From positions 160,001 to 224,000 of the forward strand of contig CAWIEK010000053.1 in the NCBI GenBank assembly GCA_963835065.1: a stretch of DNA of 64,000 nt, written 5' to 3'. Shown here one piece after another: positions 1 through 11,562 of the stretch (the first letter of the stretch is position 1; each line of letters opens with the position of its first letter). The notes under the pieces are model-generated. The model was not told where the DNA came from. It did no database searches and worked only from the letters and a program-made list of their open reading frames with translations. The position numbers and the translations under genes are program-made. The DNA is from an uncultured Chthonomonadaceae bacterium. Lineage in GTDB: Bacteria > Armatimonadota > Chthonomonadetes > Chthonomonadales > Chthonomonadaceae.

Positions 1-1
1 C

Positions 2-238
2 AATCCTTACCTGTCCTATGCGTTCGACATCACGCCCTATGTCACCCCCGGCCTGACATATCGGTTGCGCTGGGCTGAGGTGGACAACCTATCCGCTCTG
101 AACGTGGGAGTTGATAATGTCAGCGTACTTGCCTCTCCCAACGCAGTGCCCGAACCCGGCCCGCTTTCCCTGCTGTTGGGGCTGGCGTTCGGCTTTGCCG
201 TATGGCGGCGTAACTGTAGCCGTGTCTCACTCTCCTGA
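2..238 (+). CDS. PEP-CTERM sorting domain protein, 3' part (runs off window start)
   Basis: Frame 2 reads ...VDNVSVLASPNAVPEPGPLSLLLGLAFGFAVWRRNCSRVSLS*: VPEP, hydrophobic helix, basic tail. Confidence 0.85.
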   Translation, partial: NPYLSYAFDITPYVTPGLTYRLRWAEVDNLSALNVGVDNVSVLASPNAVPEPGPLSLLLGLAFGFAVWRRNCSRVSLS

Positions 239-316
239 GTGATGGCCTTTCACCCCGCGCTACACCCGGTCATAATACCGCGCGTGGCGCAATATCCAAC
301 AAGGAGAAGAACTCGA

Positions 317-1162
317 ATGGTAAGTGAACTCACAACGATCCAAGCGAGGCTGGAACGTCTCGAACAGGACAATGCGCCTAACCGATTCCCACTGCGTCAT
401 ACGCGCCGCCGGGTAGGGATGCAGATCGGACTGACTTTCTGCGCGGTCGCAGGAGCCATCCTCACTTTTGGCTCCCCTTCCACCGTTAAAGCACAGGGCT
501 ACGGTGTCACATTGGCCTCGCTTGACGCTCGCTTGAAAGCGGCTGAAGCGCTGATTTCGTCGCTAACTACCAGACTGCAAACGGATGAGGCGAAGATCGC
601 TTCGCTGCAAGACCAAATCAACCATATACCGTCTGGCCCTCCCGGCCCTCCCGGCCCACAGGGACCGAAGGGCGACAAGGGCGATACCGGCGCACAGGGA
701 CCACAAGGACCGGCTGGCACACTAGGCACATCCGCGCTTACCGCCTACAAACGGTACCCGTATCTGATTCCAGGTGGACAAGATGCCGCAAGTGCCTTTG
801 CCATTCCAGATGGTCTGAGTTACAATCTCTACTCTGTTGATCCAGGCCTCAATCTTGGCTTTGTTCCTACGCACATCGTGTTGCCTCATGCCAACTCCGT
901 ACCGGCGGGAACAGTGCTTATGATCCGACAGGAACCTACCTCCATCTTGCAGTTGTACAAGGACCTCCAAGTGGACGCCCGCGACGGAGATAGTATTGAC
1001 AATGGGGATAATAGTTTATTTAGTCCTCCTGGTCATCCTGGCAACTATCTGTCAAGCCCGACCTTGGGGTTGAGAGTGTACAGCGATGGAGTGCATCACT
1101 GGTGGAGCGACTCTAGAATTGCATTTCCCCTGTTACTGAACGGCGGCACAATAGGTGAGTAA
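317..1162 (+). CDS. Secreted/anchored protein with coiled coil and collagen-like Gly-X-Y repeat
   Basis: AAGGAG upstream of ATG 317; hydrophobic segment, heptad region, [28 protein letters not shown]. Confidence 0.75.
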   Translation: MVSELTTIQARLERLEQDNAPNRFPLRHTRRRVGMQIGLTFCAVAGAILTFGSPSTVKAQGYGVTLASLDARLKAAEALISSLTTRLQTDEAKIASLQDQINHIPSGPPGPPGPQGPKGDKGDTGAQGPQGPAGTLGTSALTAYKRYPYLIPGGQDAASAFAIPDGLSYNLYSVDPGLNLGFVPTHIVLPHANSVPAGTVLMIRQEPTSILQLYKDLQVDARDGDSIDNGDNSLFSPPGHPGNYLSSPTLGLRVYSDGVHHWWSDSRIAFPLLLNGGTIGE

Positions 1163-1207
1163 CTCGGCTTCTCAACCCTCTGATCTATAGCCTGATTCCT
1201 CACGAAA

Positions 1208-1252
1208 AGCACATAAGTCTGGATAACACTTCATCATCCTGACTTATGTGCT
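1208..1252. terminator. Hairpin between convergent genes
   Basis: agcacataagtc ... gacttatgtgct 12-bp perfect stem. Confidence 0.5.
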
Positions 1253-1443
1253 GGCTTCTGATTACATCTGTCAAGTTTCTTTTCCTCGAAACTTTAGCCA
1301 CTGTCAGTTTTTGGATATTCCGTTAATACGGTTTGTACTCGTGGGGTAATCTCATCGCAACTTACGAACGTTACCTGATGAATAACGAAGTTTTCGTTAT
1401 AAGGCAATATCTGTATAGATCAGGCACGGAATAGGCAGACATT

Positions 1444-3671
1444 TTACTCGCGGATGCGGAAGCTGGAGGTGTCGGGGTCGCCGGGGAGCGGGGGCGCGTC
1501 CTGAACGGGCATGTTCATGCGCCGCCCGCCGTTGGGAGTGCCGCCCTCCACATACTGGCGCAGGCCGTCGGAAATCGCCTGCGCCACGCGCTGCTGGAAA
1601 TTGCCGTCTATGAGGTGACGCCGATCCTGCGTGTTGCTGATGTACGCCACTTCCACCAGTATCGCGGGCATTTTGCTCGCCCGCAGCACGGCAAGGCCAC
1701 TGTTGTACAAAATGCCGTCCGAGAGGGCGCCCTTGCTTGGTACGCCCGACACGGCCACAATCGCCTGCTGGACGCAGTTGGCGAGGGCGCGGCTGCTCGG
1801 ATCGCTCATGTGGTAGTACGTGCTGGTTCCCCGGCTTTCGCTGGTAAACGAGTCGTTGTGGATGCTCACGAACAGGTCGGCGTTGATGTCGTTGGCGAGA
1901 TACGGACGGTCATACAGGTTCACGTCCACATCTTTATCGCGCGTCATGACCACTTTCGCGCCCGCCGCTTCCAGAATTTCGCGCAGGCGCAGCGAGATTT
2001 GCAGCGTGATGTTCTTTTCCTGATAGCCCCCCGCCGTCGCGCCCGTTGACGAGCCGCCATGCCCGGCATCCACGACAATCACCTTGTCCGCCAGAGCGCC
2101 CGTCGCGTTGCGGGGCAGTCGCAGGTCAACCGAAATTTTGTTGGCCTGATTGTTGACCGTGAAGCCCACAAACCGGGACGTGTCAATGGTCACGCGGGTC
2201 AGGGGCGGCGTGTCCTGCACCAGTTCGGCGTGGATACCGCTCAACAGGGGGTGCGCCAGCGTCTGGTCGGCGGAAACGCCTTCGGGCAGATGCAGCAGGG
2301 CGTTGGGAATGTCTACCGCCAGCTTGCTGCCTTCCATATAGTGGATATAGGTTCCCGCCGCGCCACTCATAGCGATGTCGAGATGAACGCGGGTATCCCC
2401 ATCCGGCACAAGCGCCAGCCGCGCACTTCCACGGGCACATTGCGGTTCGGGCTGCCGCCCCGCGAGGGCGATTTGCCCCGGATGGAAGGCCGAACGGGAG
2501 GCGCGGCGGCAACGGTCGGTTTCTTCGGCGGGGTTGTGTTTCCCCCACTTTGCCCGCTCGGATCGGTAGCGCTGTTGTCCGCGCCGTTCTTAACCGTTTT
2601 ATCGGATTTATCGCCGCCAATGCCGCCCGGAGTCTGCACAGGTTGGGTATCGCCCTGATCGCCCGAACCGCCCGGACTCGGCAACGGAGAGCCGGAATTA
2701 GCGGCTGTTTTATCGCCACTTTTCTGCCCGCTTGCAATTGCCGCCTGCCCCGACTTCGGATTGGCTTTGCTGTTGCTGCCCCTGCCGTTCGCTTTTGAGT
2801 TTTGCGCCACGAGGGTTTTGCCGGTCGTCAGTTCCGCCGCAATGGTCAGGCTATGGTTGGCGGTTCCTTCCTGCTCCTTCACGCGCATTCCATCCGGCAG
2901 TTCGGCTACAATTCGCGCCGTGTCAATGCTGTACTGCGCCGCCCGCACTTTGGGCATCAGTCTATCATTTCCCGCAGACGACGAAGCGACAGGCTGAAAC
3001 TTTTCGTCCACGTCCGCGCCCACGCAGTCAATGTAGCCCCGCAGCGGCTTCTCGTCCGTAATCATGCAAGCTTTGTAAGGGACCGGGAAACTGGTCGTGA
3101 CGCGAAGCACGTTGTTTTGCAGCCGCGCGTCCGTCACCCGCGCCAGCAGATAGACGGTATCGCCTTTGGAGCCGGGAATGGGCTTGTTGTCGCGCCCCAT
3201 TTTTTCCGCGCGTACAATCACAGCGTTCGCCAACTTTGCCACTTCCGACAAGGCCAGCATGGATTTGTTGTTGGGACGCGCAAAGGCAATGTCTCCCTGC
3301 TTATGCGCAAGAGGCATGTTGATGTGCGCCGTTTCGCCCTTTTTGTCCGCCTTGCCCTCCATGCCAATCGCAGATAGGGCTTCCAGCGGGATGTACGTTT
3401 CGTCGTTGTCGGCAAGCGGCGTGGTCTTGCACATCACTTCGCGCCCGCCCACCTTCAAGTGAACGGGGGCAAGCGGCCCGTCCGCCTTTGCTTCCGCGCT
3501 CCACCCCATTGCGGCCAGAACGACAGGCAGGAAACCGCATTTCACAAGGATGCCAGCGCCGTAAAACCGCTTCACGGCGCGAGAAGGCTTTACAACGCGG
3601 GAACGCAATTCAATACGCGGCGAAGCAACAGTTGGAGTCACAAAACGAGTCCAGAATTTATTGTTTTGCAT
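1444..3671 (-). CDS. N-acetylmuramoyl-L-alanine amidase (Amidase_3) with AMIN-like domains, frameshift near 2400
   Basis: ORFs 2367-3671 and 1444-2409 overlap; motifs VDAGHGG, EK, SIHND, LVEVAY; signal-like N-terminus. Confidence 0.85.
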
Positions 3672-4003
3672 GGTGAAAGCACCTACCTTCAGGTCGGCAG
3701 TATTCGTGTGAAATCATTGTATTCCAAAGTTCCAAACGCCGAATAGCCGCCCGACTTCTGTGAGCAAGATGGCGGACGCTGAAAAAGGGCATGATGAAGC
3801 GGAAACGTTCAAACCAGCACAATCGTGACACAGGGCACGATAACAGGGAATTGTGAAAACGTAACGGCGTCAGATGAGTTGGCAGCGGGGCGCAAACTCA
3901 TTCTGAACGGACGCCCAAAAGCGGAAAAAGTTACCTGCCTTGCGCAGTATAACCTACTTTCCCCTCCCTTGTCCATAATCGGAAGATATTTTAATTTTCT
4001 TCT

Positions 4004-4903
4004 TTATCTTTGCAGGCGGCTGCTGAACCACGCGCTTGCCACAATGCCCAGTTTCTTCACCGTGCTGACGCGGGCGCGTTGTGAATACACATCATAATTG
4101 CGGCCTTCGATGCTGTTCAAAATGCCCCGATAGATGTTGAGCATGATGGACAGGGTAGGACGGCCTGCCTTATGAATCAGGGGAAACAGTTCGTGCGCTT
4201 GTTGGTAAAATCCTTTAGCGCGTTCGGTTTCGTAGCGCATCAGGGCGCGGAAACGGTCGGTCAGTTCGCCTTGCTTTAACTCCTGCTCCGTCACGCCGAA
4301 CCGCTGCAAATCTTCCTGCGGCAGATAAATGCGGTCCCGGTCGGCGTCCTCTTTAATGTCGCGCAGGATATTGGTCAGTTGGAAAGCCAGCCCGCAGGCT
4401 TCCGCGTACTGCATGGCGCGTCCATCCCGCTCGTCGAAGCCCCAAACGTGGATACAAACGAACCCGACGATGCTTGCCACGCGGTAACAATACTGGTGCA
4501 GTTCATCCCACGTCGCGTAGCGGGTCTTGGTCAAATCCATTTCCGTGCCGTCTATGAGGTCATGAAAGTAGGACGCGGGGATGTGGTAGCGCAGCACGGT
4601 TTCGTGGAAGGCGGGCAAAATCAGGCTGTCGCCGTAATCGCCCGCAAACGCCCGATCCAGCGCGGTTCGCCACTGCCGCATCTGTATGGCTTTGGTCTTG
4701 TCTTCCGCCGCCTCATCCGAAACATCGTCGCTGTAGCGCATAAAGGCGTAAATGGCGCACATGGCGGCCTTGCGTTCCGGCGTCAGCGTCAGGAACGAGT
4801 AGTAGAAGTTCTTGGCCTGCGTTTTGGCAACGTGTTCGCAATGCGCAAACGAGCGTTCCAGCAGGTCGGACTTGGACGATGAGATTATAGGCGGTGAAGT
4901 CAT
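4004..4903 (-). CDS. hpnD: Presqualene diphosphate synthase HpnD (squalene/phytoene synthase family)
   Basis: NFYYSF, DDVSD, YCYRVASIVG, FQLTNILRDIKED, RIYLP. Confidence 0.8.
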   Translation of the reverse strand: MTSPPIISSSKSDLLERSFAHCEHVAKTQAKNFYYSFLTLTPERKAAMCAIYAFMRYSDDVSDEAAEDKTKAIQMRQWRTALDRAFAGDYGDSLILPAFHETVLRYHIPASYFHDLIDGTEMDLTKTRYATWDELHQYCYRVASIVGFVCIHVWGFDERDGRAMQYAEACGLAFQLTNILRDIKEDADRDRIYLPQEDLQRFGVTEQELKQGELTDRFRALMRYETERAKGFYQQAHELFPLIHKAGRPTLSIMLNIYRGILNSIEGRNYDVYSQRARVSTVKKLGIVASAWFSSRLQR

Positions 4904-4918
4904 AGGCAGAACATCAGG

Positions 4919-5018
4919 AACAAATCACTTTGATACAGCACACTCCCGTATGCACGGGACAATTGGCCGCAGGCCTAACATCCGGTATTTTATATGCCGG
5001 GGCAGCGCGGCAGTACCA
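4919..5018 (+). repeat. Left arm of ~100-bp imperfect inverted repeat
   Basis: Core 4957-4995 matches the reverse complement of 6032-6070 at 37/39. Confidence 0.9.
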
Positions 5019-5047
5019 TGTTCAGGTGATTGCGCTATCAGAAAGCG

Positions 5048-5986
5048 TCAACTGAAATCCACGCCCACAAGGTGATCGAGCAGGATCAGGAACAGGCGGG
5101 CATTGCCGATGTCGCTATAACTGAAGGTGAAAATGCCCTGCGCGCCGATCCCGAAAAAGCCGGAGCGGGCGTCCGTGCGCCGCAGCGTCACCACGCCCTG
5201 ATTGATGGTGACGCGGGCAATCTCTTCCGTATTGCAGCGGGCGGTTTTGCCCCCGATGAACAGTTCGATATACCCCTCGCCCACCACCAGATAGTTGTTG
5301 TGCTGCAGGGAAAATCGGACGGCTCCGTTGCGCTGCAAGTCGGTTTTGGCGCGTTCAAACGCGAACGCGCTCCACGCCGCTTCTGCCGCGCCTGCGAATC
5401 GGAAAGCGTCTCCCGGCGGCGGGTCGCCCTTGGAACTGTGGTACGTGCCGCTCAGGGTAAACGGGCGATTGCCGCTCCCGCCCGACCACGTATAGTTGTA
5501 GGTTGTGCCGGTATACACGCCGTTGTAGTAGTTGCGGGTCTGCCGGGTACGCAGTTCCGCCACGTCCACAAAACGCAACAGGTCGCTTTGCCGGGGCGTG
5601 TCGTTGAGGTTCTTGATGTTGTAGCGGGCAACGCCGCTTTCCCCAACATACGTGCAGACGTTCGTTTTTCGGATGATCTTATAGCCGAGGAACGCGCCCA
5701 AACTGCCCGCCACGAGTACGCCCATTCCCAGAACCGCCTGACTGCTGCCGTCCTGCAGGCCCATCCACGCAAAGAAGGCGGCAAGCCCCCCTAACGCCAG
5801 CGCCGCAATCACGCGGGGCAGGGGCGGATTGGGATTTTTGTTGCGCAGGATGGTGGAATAGGCGCTGATGATTTTGCCGATTTCCATAGGCGGCGGCGCG
5901 AAAAACACGCGATCCGCTTCCAGCGCATTGCCGACATGATCGGTCACATCCGATGCCGGCGTCCATTCGTGCAGGGTTCCAATCAT
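5048..5986 (-). CDS. Hypothetical membrane protein (two TM helices, soluble C-terminal domain)
   Basis: 312-aa ORF with two hydrophobic segments around residues 58-102. Confidence 0.75.
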   Translation of the reverse strand: MIGTLHEWTPASDVTDHVGNALEADRVFFAPPPMEIGKIISAYSTILRNKNPNPPLPRVIAALALGGLAAFFAWMGLQDGSSQAVLGMGVLVAGSLGAFLGYKIIRKTNVCTYVGESGVARYNIKNLNDTPRQSDLLRFVDVAELRTRQTRNYYNGVYTGTTYNYTWSGGSGNRPFTLSGTYHSSKGDPPPGDAFRFAGAAEAAWSAFAFERAKTDLQRNGAVRFSLQHNNYLVVGEGYIELFIGGKTARCNTEEIARVTINQGVVTLRRTDARSGFFGIGAQGIFTFSYSDIGNARLFLILLDHLVGVDFS

Positions 5987-6008
5987 GGCGCTTTTTTCTC
6001 TGGTAGGG

Positions 6009-6108
6009 TGGTAGTGCCGCGTTTAACCAGTATATAAAATACCGGTTGTTAGACCTGCGGCCAATTGTCCTGCGGACATAAGGTTGTGCTGTGTTTAAGT
6101 GGTTTGTT
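6009..6108 (-). repeat. Right arm of ~100-bp imperfect inverted repeat
   Basis: Reverse complement aligns with 4919-5018. Confidence 0.9.
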
Positions 6109-6121
6109 TATGTATACGCGC

Positions 6122-7015
6122 TTATCGGGCGAACAGACGGCGAAATAAAATGGCAAATTGGCGGCGCTTGGATACGGACGGGCGGCTCGTCAGAACATCA
6201 TAATTTTGTTGTTCGATCAGGCGCAGCACTTCCAAGCCGCCCTGCGTGAACATTTCAATGTCTAATCGGACGCGCTTGTCCACCAATGCGCCCAACGCCG
6301 CGCCCTCTTCAAACATGGTTCGCGCCCGGTCTACCTCAAATTTCATCAGGGCGGCAAATTCGGGCGTGAAGTGCCGGGCAAATAATTGTGGTTCAGTGTA
6401 CCCGAAACGCCGCATATCTTCGAGGGGTATGTAAATACGATCTTTGTCCAAATCGCGCGTCACGTCCTGCCAGAAGTTGGCAAGCTGGAGCGCGGCGCAG
6501 GTTTTGTCGGACAGGGCAAGGCGCGGCGCATCGCTGTAGCCGCACAGGTACAGCACCAATCGCCCGACAGGGTTGGCGGAATAGCGGCAATACCCCATCA
6601 CATCGTCAAAGGTCGGGTAGCGCGTGGTCACTTGATCCTGCCGAAACGCGGTCAGCAGGTCGCGGAACGGATTGGGCGGGATGCCGAACTTTTCCACCGT
6701 TTCGGCCAGCGCGACGAAAACCGGGTGACGCGGTTCGCCCCGGTACATCGCGTTGAGTTCGTCCTCCCACCAATCCAGCAGAATCAATGCTTTTTGCGTG
6801 TCGCCTATTTCATCGCCCAGGTCGTCGCTGATGCGGCAGTAAGCGTACACATTATAAAAATGCTGGCGCAAGGGTTTGGGGCAGAAAATTCCGGCCACAA
6901 GAAAGTTCTCGTAGTGCGATTTGGCGAGACGTTCACAATAACGCCGCGCCTCCGCAATTGTGACCGGGCCGTCTGCATGGTAGGGATGTTCAATATCGTC
7001 GGCGGTAATGTCCAT
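6122..7015 (-). CDS. hpnC: Hydroxysqualene synthase HpnC
   Basis: HYENF, YAYCRISDDLGDE, YCRYSANPVGRLVL, LQLANFWQDV. Confidence 0.88.
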   Translation of the reverse strand: MDITADDIEHPYHADGPVTIAEARRYCERLAKSHYENFLVAGIFCPKPLRQHFYNVYAYCRISDDLGDEIGDTQKALILLDWWEDELNAMYRGEPRHPVFVALAETVEKFGIPPNPFRDLLTAFRQDQVTTRYPTFDDVMGYCRYSANPVGRLVLYLCGYSDAPRLALSDKTCAALQLANFWQDVTRDLDKDRIYIPLEDMRRFGYTEPQLFARHFTPEFAALMKFEVDRARTMFEEGAALGALVDKRVRLDIEMFTQGGLEVLRLIEQQNYDVLTSRPSVSKRRQFAILFRRLFAR

Positions 7016-7143
7016 ACCTCAAAATTACCCGAAAACCGCGTTCGGCGTCAACGGATTACGTAACCTCTTTGCGTTTTTGCGTTCAACGCCAGAACTGCCA
7101 CCATTTGCGTTGTCGCAGCAATCATTTTTTTCTGGTGAGACAA

Positions 7144-8788
7144 TCATTTATCCCTTTTGAAGTAGCCGTCCGATAGGGTACGCATGAAGGCTACAATCTG
7201 GTCTTCTTCCCTATCGGTCAGGTGCAGATTGCCAATGGTTGTATCCTTGTTGGAAGACACTTCGGGAGCGGGCCAGGCGCTCACCTTTTCGCCCTGCTCC
7301 CCGAAGCGGCAGCGCGGCAGCTTGTCACGGGTGTTGTAGAAATGAACCACTTCTTTCAGGCTCTTCAGGTAGCCGTTGTGCATGTAGGCTTTGACAAAAC
7401 CGCGATAAGGCCGCGCGTCCACGTTGCGCAGGGTTGGCGTTCGGAACTTGCCATCAAACTGCCCCGCGAGTTTTGCCCAATCCGCATTGATGCTGCCCGC
7501 GCCGCGCAGGTATTTCCCGGCTCCCAAATCTTTATAGCCTGTGCCTGCCGGGTTCGCCGCGTAGCCCTGCTGGTCGGGGTGATTTTCCACATAAAACGGC
7601 AAATCCAGATTTTTGGGAATACCGAGGTTTACGGCGGTAAAATCGGTAAACAGAGGCGCTTTGCCGGTCACGTCCGCCAGCGAAATTCTGCCTTTCGGCT
7701 GGTTCTCGGTTCCGTCCAGATGGCAACTGTTGCACTTCGCTTTGCCCCGAAACAGATTCCAGCCTGCCATTTCCTCCCGACTCAGCACCCTCTTGTCCGG
7801 GTTGGCAAGCGCAAAGTCGAATTTTGAGGTAAAGGGGCTGATGTCCGGCGAGGCTTGGTACGCCGCCATCGCAACCGCGATATGTTCAAAGGCGGCATTA
7901 ACAAGCGCCCGATCCCCGGCTTCCAGTGGAATCGGAAGGGGCGCGTTGGCGGGAGACGGGAGCGGGAATCGCAGACAGCCGCTCCATATCCGCAGGCCAG
8001 TGAATGGCAAGGGATTGTGTTCCCCATGTCCGCTCGAACAGAGTTTTATAAGGACTTTTCGCCACGCGGTACACCACGCTTGCCGGGTCCGCAAAGCCCA
8101 TGACATTGGCGTCCACAAGCGCGACTGCCGCCTGCTCCGCTGTGGGACTCGCCATGCGGTATCCTGTCGCCCGCATGTCCCAAAAGTTGCCGCCAAAGAA
8201 ATCCTGCGCGGAAGCGTTGTACTGGAGAATGGGCGCGAAAGCGGCGTAACTCAGGGTTTGCGGGCGACGGGCGCTGATACGAACGTTCGGCCCATTCGCG
8301 CCCGCATTGGTAATCAGGACGGAGCCGCCATACGCGACTGTCGTTCGATTATACAGGCTGACGCCGCCCGTATATCCCGCCTGTGGGTCGTGGCAACTTA
8401 AACACGCGAGGTTTTTGTTGACGGAAAGGTTCCGGTCGTGCATCAGCAGTTTGCCGAGCAGGGTTATCCGGTGGTAATGATCTTTGGGCGGCGCGGCCTT
8501 CATTTGCGCAAGGGTTTTGTCAAATCGCGCGGCGATAGTCGCGTTCAGCCGCCGGACATCCGCATCCTCTTTCGCGCCGCCGGGCAAGGTCGCCTGAATA
8601 TTCAGAAGCCGGGCATGGGATTGCGGCTGCGCAGAAGAGGTTTTCTGCCGCAATCTTGCTTTCTCCTCCGGCGCTTTCGCCCGCAATCGTGCTTTTTCCT
8701 GCGCGGGAAGCACGATTGCCGTCAACAGCAGACCCGCGAAAACAAGCAGCAATCCCAGGCGTGATTTGCGCGTAACCTCAGCGCTCAT
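7144..8788 (-). CDS. Di-heme cytochrome c peroxidase/MauG-like protein, frameshift near 7950-8000
   Basis: CLSCH and FWDMRA in 7898-8788; CNSCH, TPTLRNV and YMHNG in 7144-8196; signal peptide. Confidence 0.8.
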
Positions 8789-8905
8789 GCTATATGTTCC
8801 TTTTCAAACGAGTTTGAAACGAGGATTTCTCATAGCAACAACTACTTCCAAAGTGAAACATTAGTGCCACCGGAATTTCAGGAGCGTTGCGGTTAGGAAT
8901 CAACA

Positions 8906-8937
8906 TGCCGCCGGAACCAGGGTTGGCTTCGGCGGCA
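8906..8937. terminator. GC-rich hairpin
   Basis: tgccgccg ... cggcggca stem downstream of the 8994-9505 gene. Confidence 0.4.
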
Positions 8938-8993
8938 CAGTGGAGAATGTAGTAAGGTGTTTTTCGCGTATGTTCGCGTTGGTTTATGCCCCG

Positions 8994-9505
8994 TTACGAG
9001 GCGTGGACATGGATGCCGCCGCTTGTCAGGACGCCACCCACTTCGTACAGCACCGTTCCCGCGTCATGCCCGTCCGTCGCCACGACGCGAACGGAAATGG
9101 AATCGTGATGCTCGCCATCGTCGGTTGCGATAACACGAACGCGGGCGTGTCTGCCGTGCCAGAGCAGAGGCTCCCTCGAAATGCGCCGTATGCCCTGCGA
9201 TGCTCAGTTGGTCAATGGGATGAACCAGGAAGTGCTGGACGTTCTGCGCTTGCAGGTTCTTTTCGTTGAACTCGAAATGTTCCCTCCGGCCCATTATGCC
9301 CCTGCGTGACCGTAAAGGAAAACTCCCCATAGTGGTGGTCGTGGCCGATAGGAAATTCGCCGTGACCATCGGCGGTTGCGACAGAAGTCTGATACAAAGC
9401 GGCGTACAAACTTTTGTTGAAATGCTGCGCGCCCGCCGTTGCGGTTCCTGTTCCGAACAGCGCCAGTCCGGCAGCCGCCAAAACCAACCAACTTGCTTTC
9501 TGCAT
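8994..9505 (-). CDS. Small secreted His-rich beta-type protein, two frameshifts
   Basis: Stitched across three frames: signal peptide ...HGEFPIGHDHHYGEFSF / FNEKNLQAQNVQHFLVHPIDQLSIAGHTAHFEG / LWHGRHARVRVIATDDGEHHDSISVRVV...GGIHVHAS*. Confidence 0.6.
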
Positions 9506-9770
9506 TGAAAATCTGCTCCTCTTTCAAGACGTAAGGCTGCGCGCGGCAGAGGGGGCGCTTGGATTGACTCTCCAAAGCGCTGTTGCGCCTGCAAAACATA
9601 CCATGTTGCTGCATGATTTTGTTAAGCCAGTCTCATAGATAAGGGGGTGTTTCTTTGACCTTGCCTTACTTATCTTTGTTCCCGCAGAGGAGAAATTAAA
9701 TCGGCTTGTTTTTACCGGCCTATTTTCGACTTCACGGCGCGTCACGATTCGATTGGCATCCACAATGCCT

Positions 9771-11450
9771 CTAAGATTCTATACCGGGCAGAACAACTGT
9801 TACTGTCGTGCCCACTCCCAATTGGCTGGCAAACGTCAGGGTTCCGCCATGCGCTTCCACGATGCTGCGGCAGATGGACAGGCCCAGCCCCGTGCCGCCG
9901 GTTGGCCGGGTGCGGGACGCATCCACGCGATGAAACCGCGTTCCTAAATGCGGCAAATGCTCCGGGGCGATGCCGCTGCCGGTGTCCGTCACGGTGACAA
10001 CCACCTCATTTTGTCGGCGTCGCGCCGTGACGGTGATTGCCCCCTGCGCAGGCGTGTAGCGAACCGCATTATCCAGCAGGTTGCGGAACAAGCGCGCCAG
10101 TTCCGATTGGCAGCCCATGACCGTCAGCGTTTCCGGCTGCGCGTCGAGCGTGATGGGCGCGCGGTCTTCCTGTAAAGCCTGTTCCCGCGCCGTTTCCAGA
10201 ATCTCTACAATCAGCAATTCGCGCCGATCCTGTCCCATCTGCCCCTCGTCCGAACGCGCCAGCAGCAGCAAATCCTGCACCAACTGCGCCATGTTGTCCG
10301 CCGCATTGCTGATCTCCTGAAACGCGCGGCGTGACTTTTCATCGGTCGTTTCACGCCCAAGCGCCAATCCCGCCCGCCCCTTGATAATGGTCAGCGGCGT
10401 CTTCAGTTCGTGCGAAGCGTCGGCGGTGAAGCGCTGCTGTAGTTCGAGCAGTTGTTTTTGTTCCTGAAACGCCGTGTCCAGCCGTCCCAACATGCCATTG
10501 AACGTATCCGCGAGTTCCGCAAACTCGTCGCTGCCGACAACGGGTAGACGCCGCGCAAAACCGCCCGCGCCCCCTTCCATGCCGATACGCCCCGCCGCCT
10601 GCGTCATCCACTGCACCCGTCGCAGAACGCGGTTGGTCAGCGCCGATCCCATCCATCCCGCGCCAAGCAATCCAAGCGGAATCAGCAGCAGCAGCACCGT
10701 ATCCACGCCCGAAAGCGCGCGATACACTTCCTTCAAGGGGTAAGCGTTTTGTACGGCTCCCCGCTTGCCTTGGCGGTTAAACGCCGGCGCGGAAAGCACA
10801 CGAACCGGTTCCTCATCCACGATTACGGTATTGAAAACCGTGTCCCCCTTCAGCGCGCTTGCCAGGCCCGCTTTGTCCCAGATGGGGCGCGTATCTCTGG
10901 CAGCCTCCGACACGCCATTCTGTTCGTAATGGTGCGGGCGGTAGGGGTTCGACGAATCGGGCGGGCCGGGGCCGTGATGATCGCCGCCGTGAAAATCCGC
11001 AGGCGGCGGCCTGTCGGAACGGCTGCCCGTAACTCCGTTTTCCGTTAAATTGTCCGGCGGAGTGTGTTCGCCCGGAGGACCCGCTTCCAGTTCGTGTTCA
11101 TGAGGTGGCCCTTCCCGATTTTCCTCTCCGAAGGGTGGCCGACCTCCCGTTTCCTCGCCGGGGCGGGCGGGCGGCGGCGCGTGTTTGCTGCGGGGCGGGC
11201 GCGTAAACATATCAATGCCCCGCTCCAGCTCGTGATTGACGGACTGCATCAAAAATTGCAAAATGGCATAACGGCACACAACACCCAGCCCGCCCAGCAT
11301 CAGCGACAGCGCGATCACGTTCCACAAAATCAATTGCGTCCGCAACGAACCGAGCGAACGCTTCCACCGCGCGGGCAGCCGTGCGGCAAAACGGCGCGAG
11401 GCAGGTTGCATAACGATATTTTCCGCAGTATCTTCCACAACAATCTCCAT
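9771..11450 (-). CDS. Sensor histidine kinase (2 TM, HAMP, HisKA, HATPase)
   Basis: DASHELKTP, NLLDNAVRY, DTGSGI, GTGLGL. Confidence 0.92.
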   Translation of the reverse strand: MEIVVEDTAENIVMQPASRRFAARLPARWKRSLGSLRTQLILWNVIALSLMLGGLGVVCRYAILQFLMQSVNHELERGIDMFTRPPRSKHAPPPARPGEETGGRPPFGEENREGPPHEHELEAGPPGEHTPPDNLTENGVTGSRSDRPPPADFHGGDHHGPGPPDSSNPYRPHHYEQNGVSEAARDTRPIWDKAGLASALKGDTVFNTVIVDEEPVRVLSAPAFNRQGKRGAVQNAYPLKEVYRALSGVDTVLLLLIPLGLLGAGWMGSALTNRVLRRVQWMTQAAGRIGMEGGAGGFARRLPVVGSDEFAELADTFNGMLGRLDTAFQEQKQLLELQQRFTADASHELKTPLTIIKGRAGLALGRETTDEKSRRAFQEISNAADNMAQLVQDLLLLARSDEGQMGQDRRELLIVEILETAREQALQEDRAPITLDAQPETLTVMGCQSELARLFRNLLDNAVRYTPAQGAITVTARRRQNEVVVTVTDTGSGIAPEHLPHLGTRFHRVDASRTRPTGGTGLGLSICRSIVEAHGGTLTFASQLGVGTTVTVVLPGIES

Positions 11451-11468
11451 GTTGGTTTAGGGACAAAC

Positions 11469-11545
11469 AGTGCTGAATGATGAGTGATGAGTGATGAATA
11501 ACACGAGGCAATTTACTCATCACTCATCACTCATCATTCAGCACT
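11469..11545. repeat. Inverted repeat built from heptamer TGATGAG arms
   Basis: agtgctgaatgatgagtgatgagtga ... tcactcatcactcatcattcagcact. Confidence 0.85.
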
Positions 11546-11562
11546 TTAAAAGCCCTCAACTC

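Noticed and set aside
3865..3917. Riboswitch (c-di-AMP type) upstream of the amidase
   Set aside because: Only a long hairpin is visible; the ydaO consensus blocks are absent
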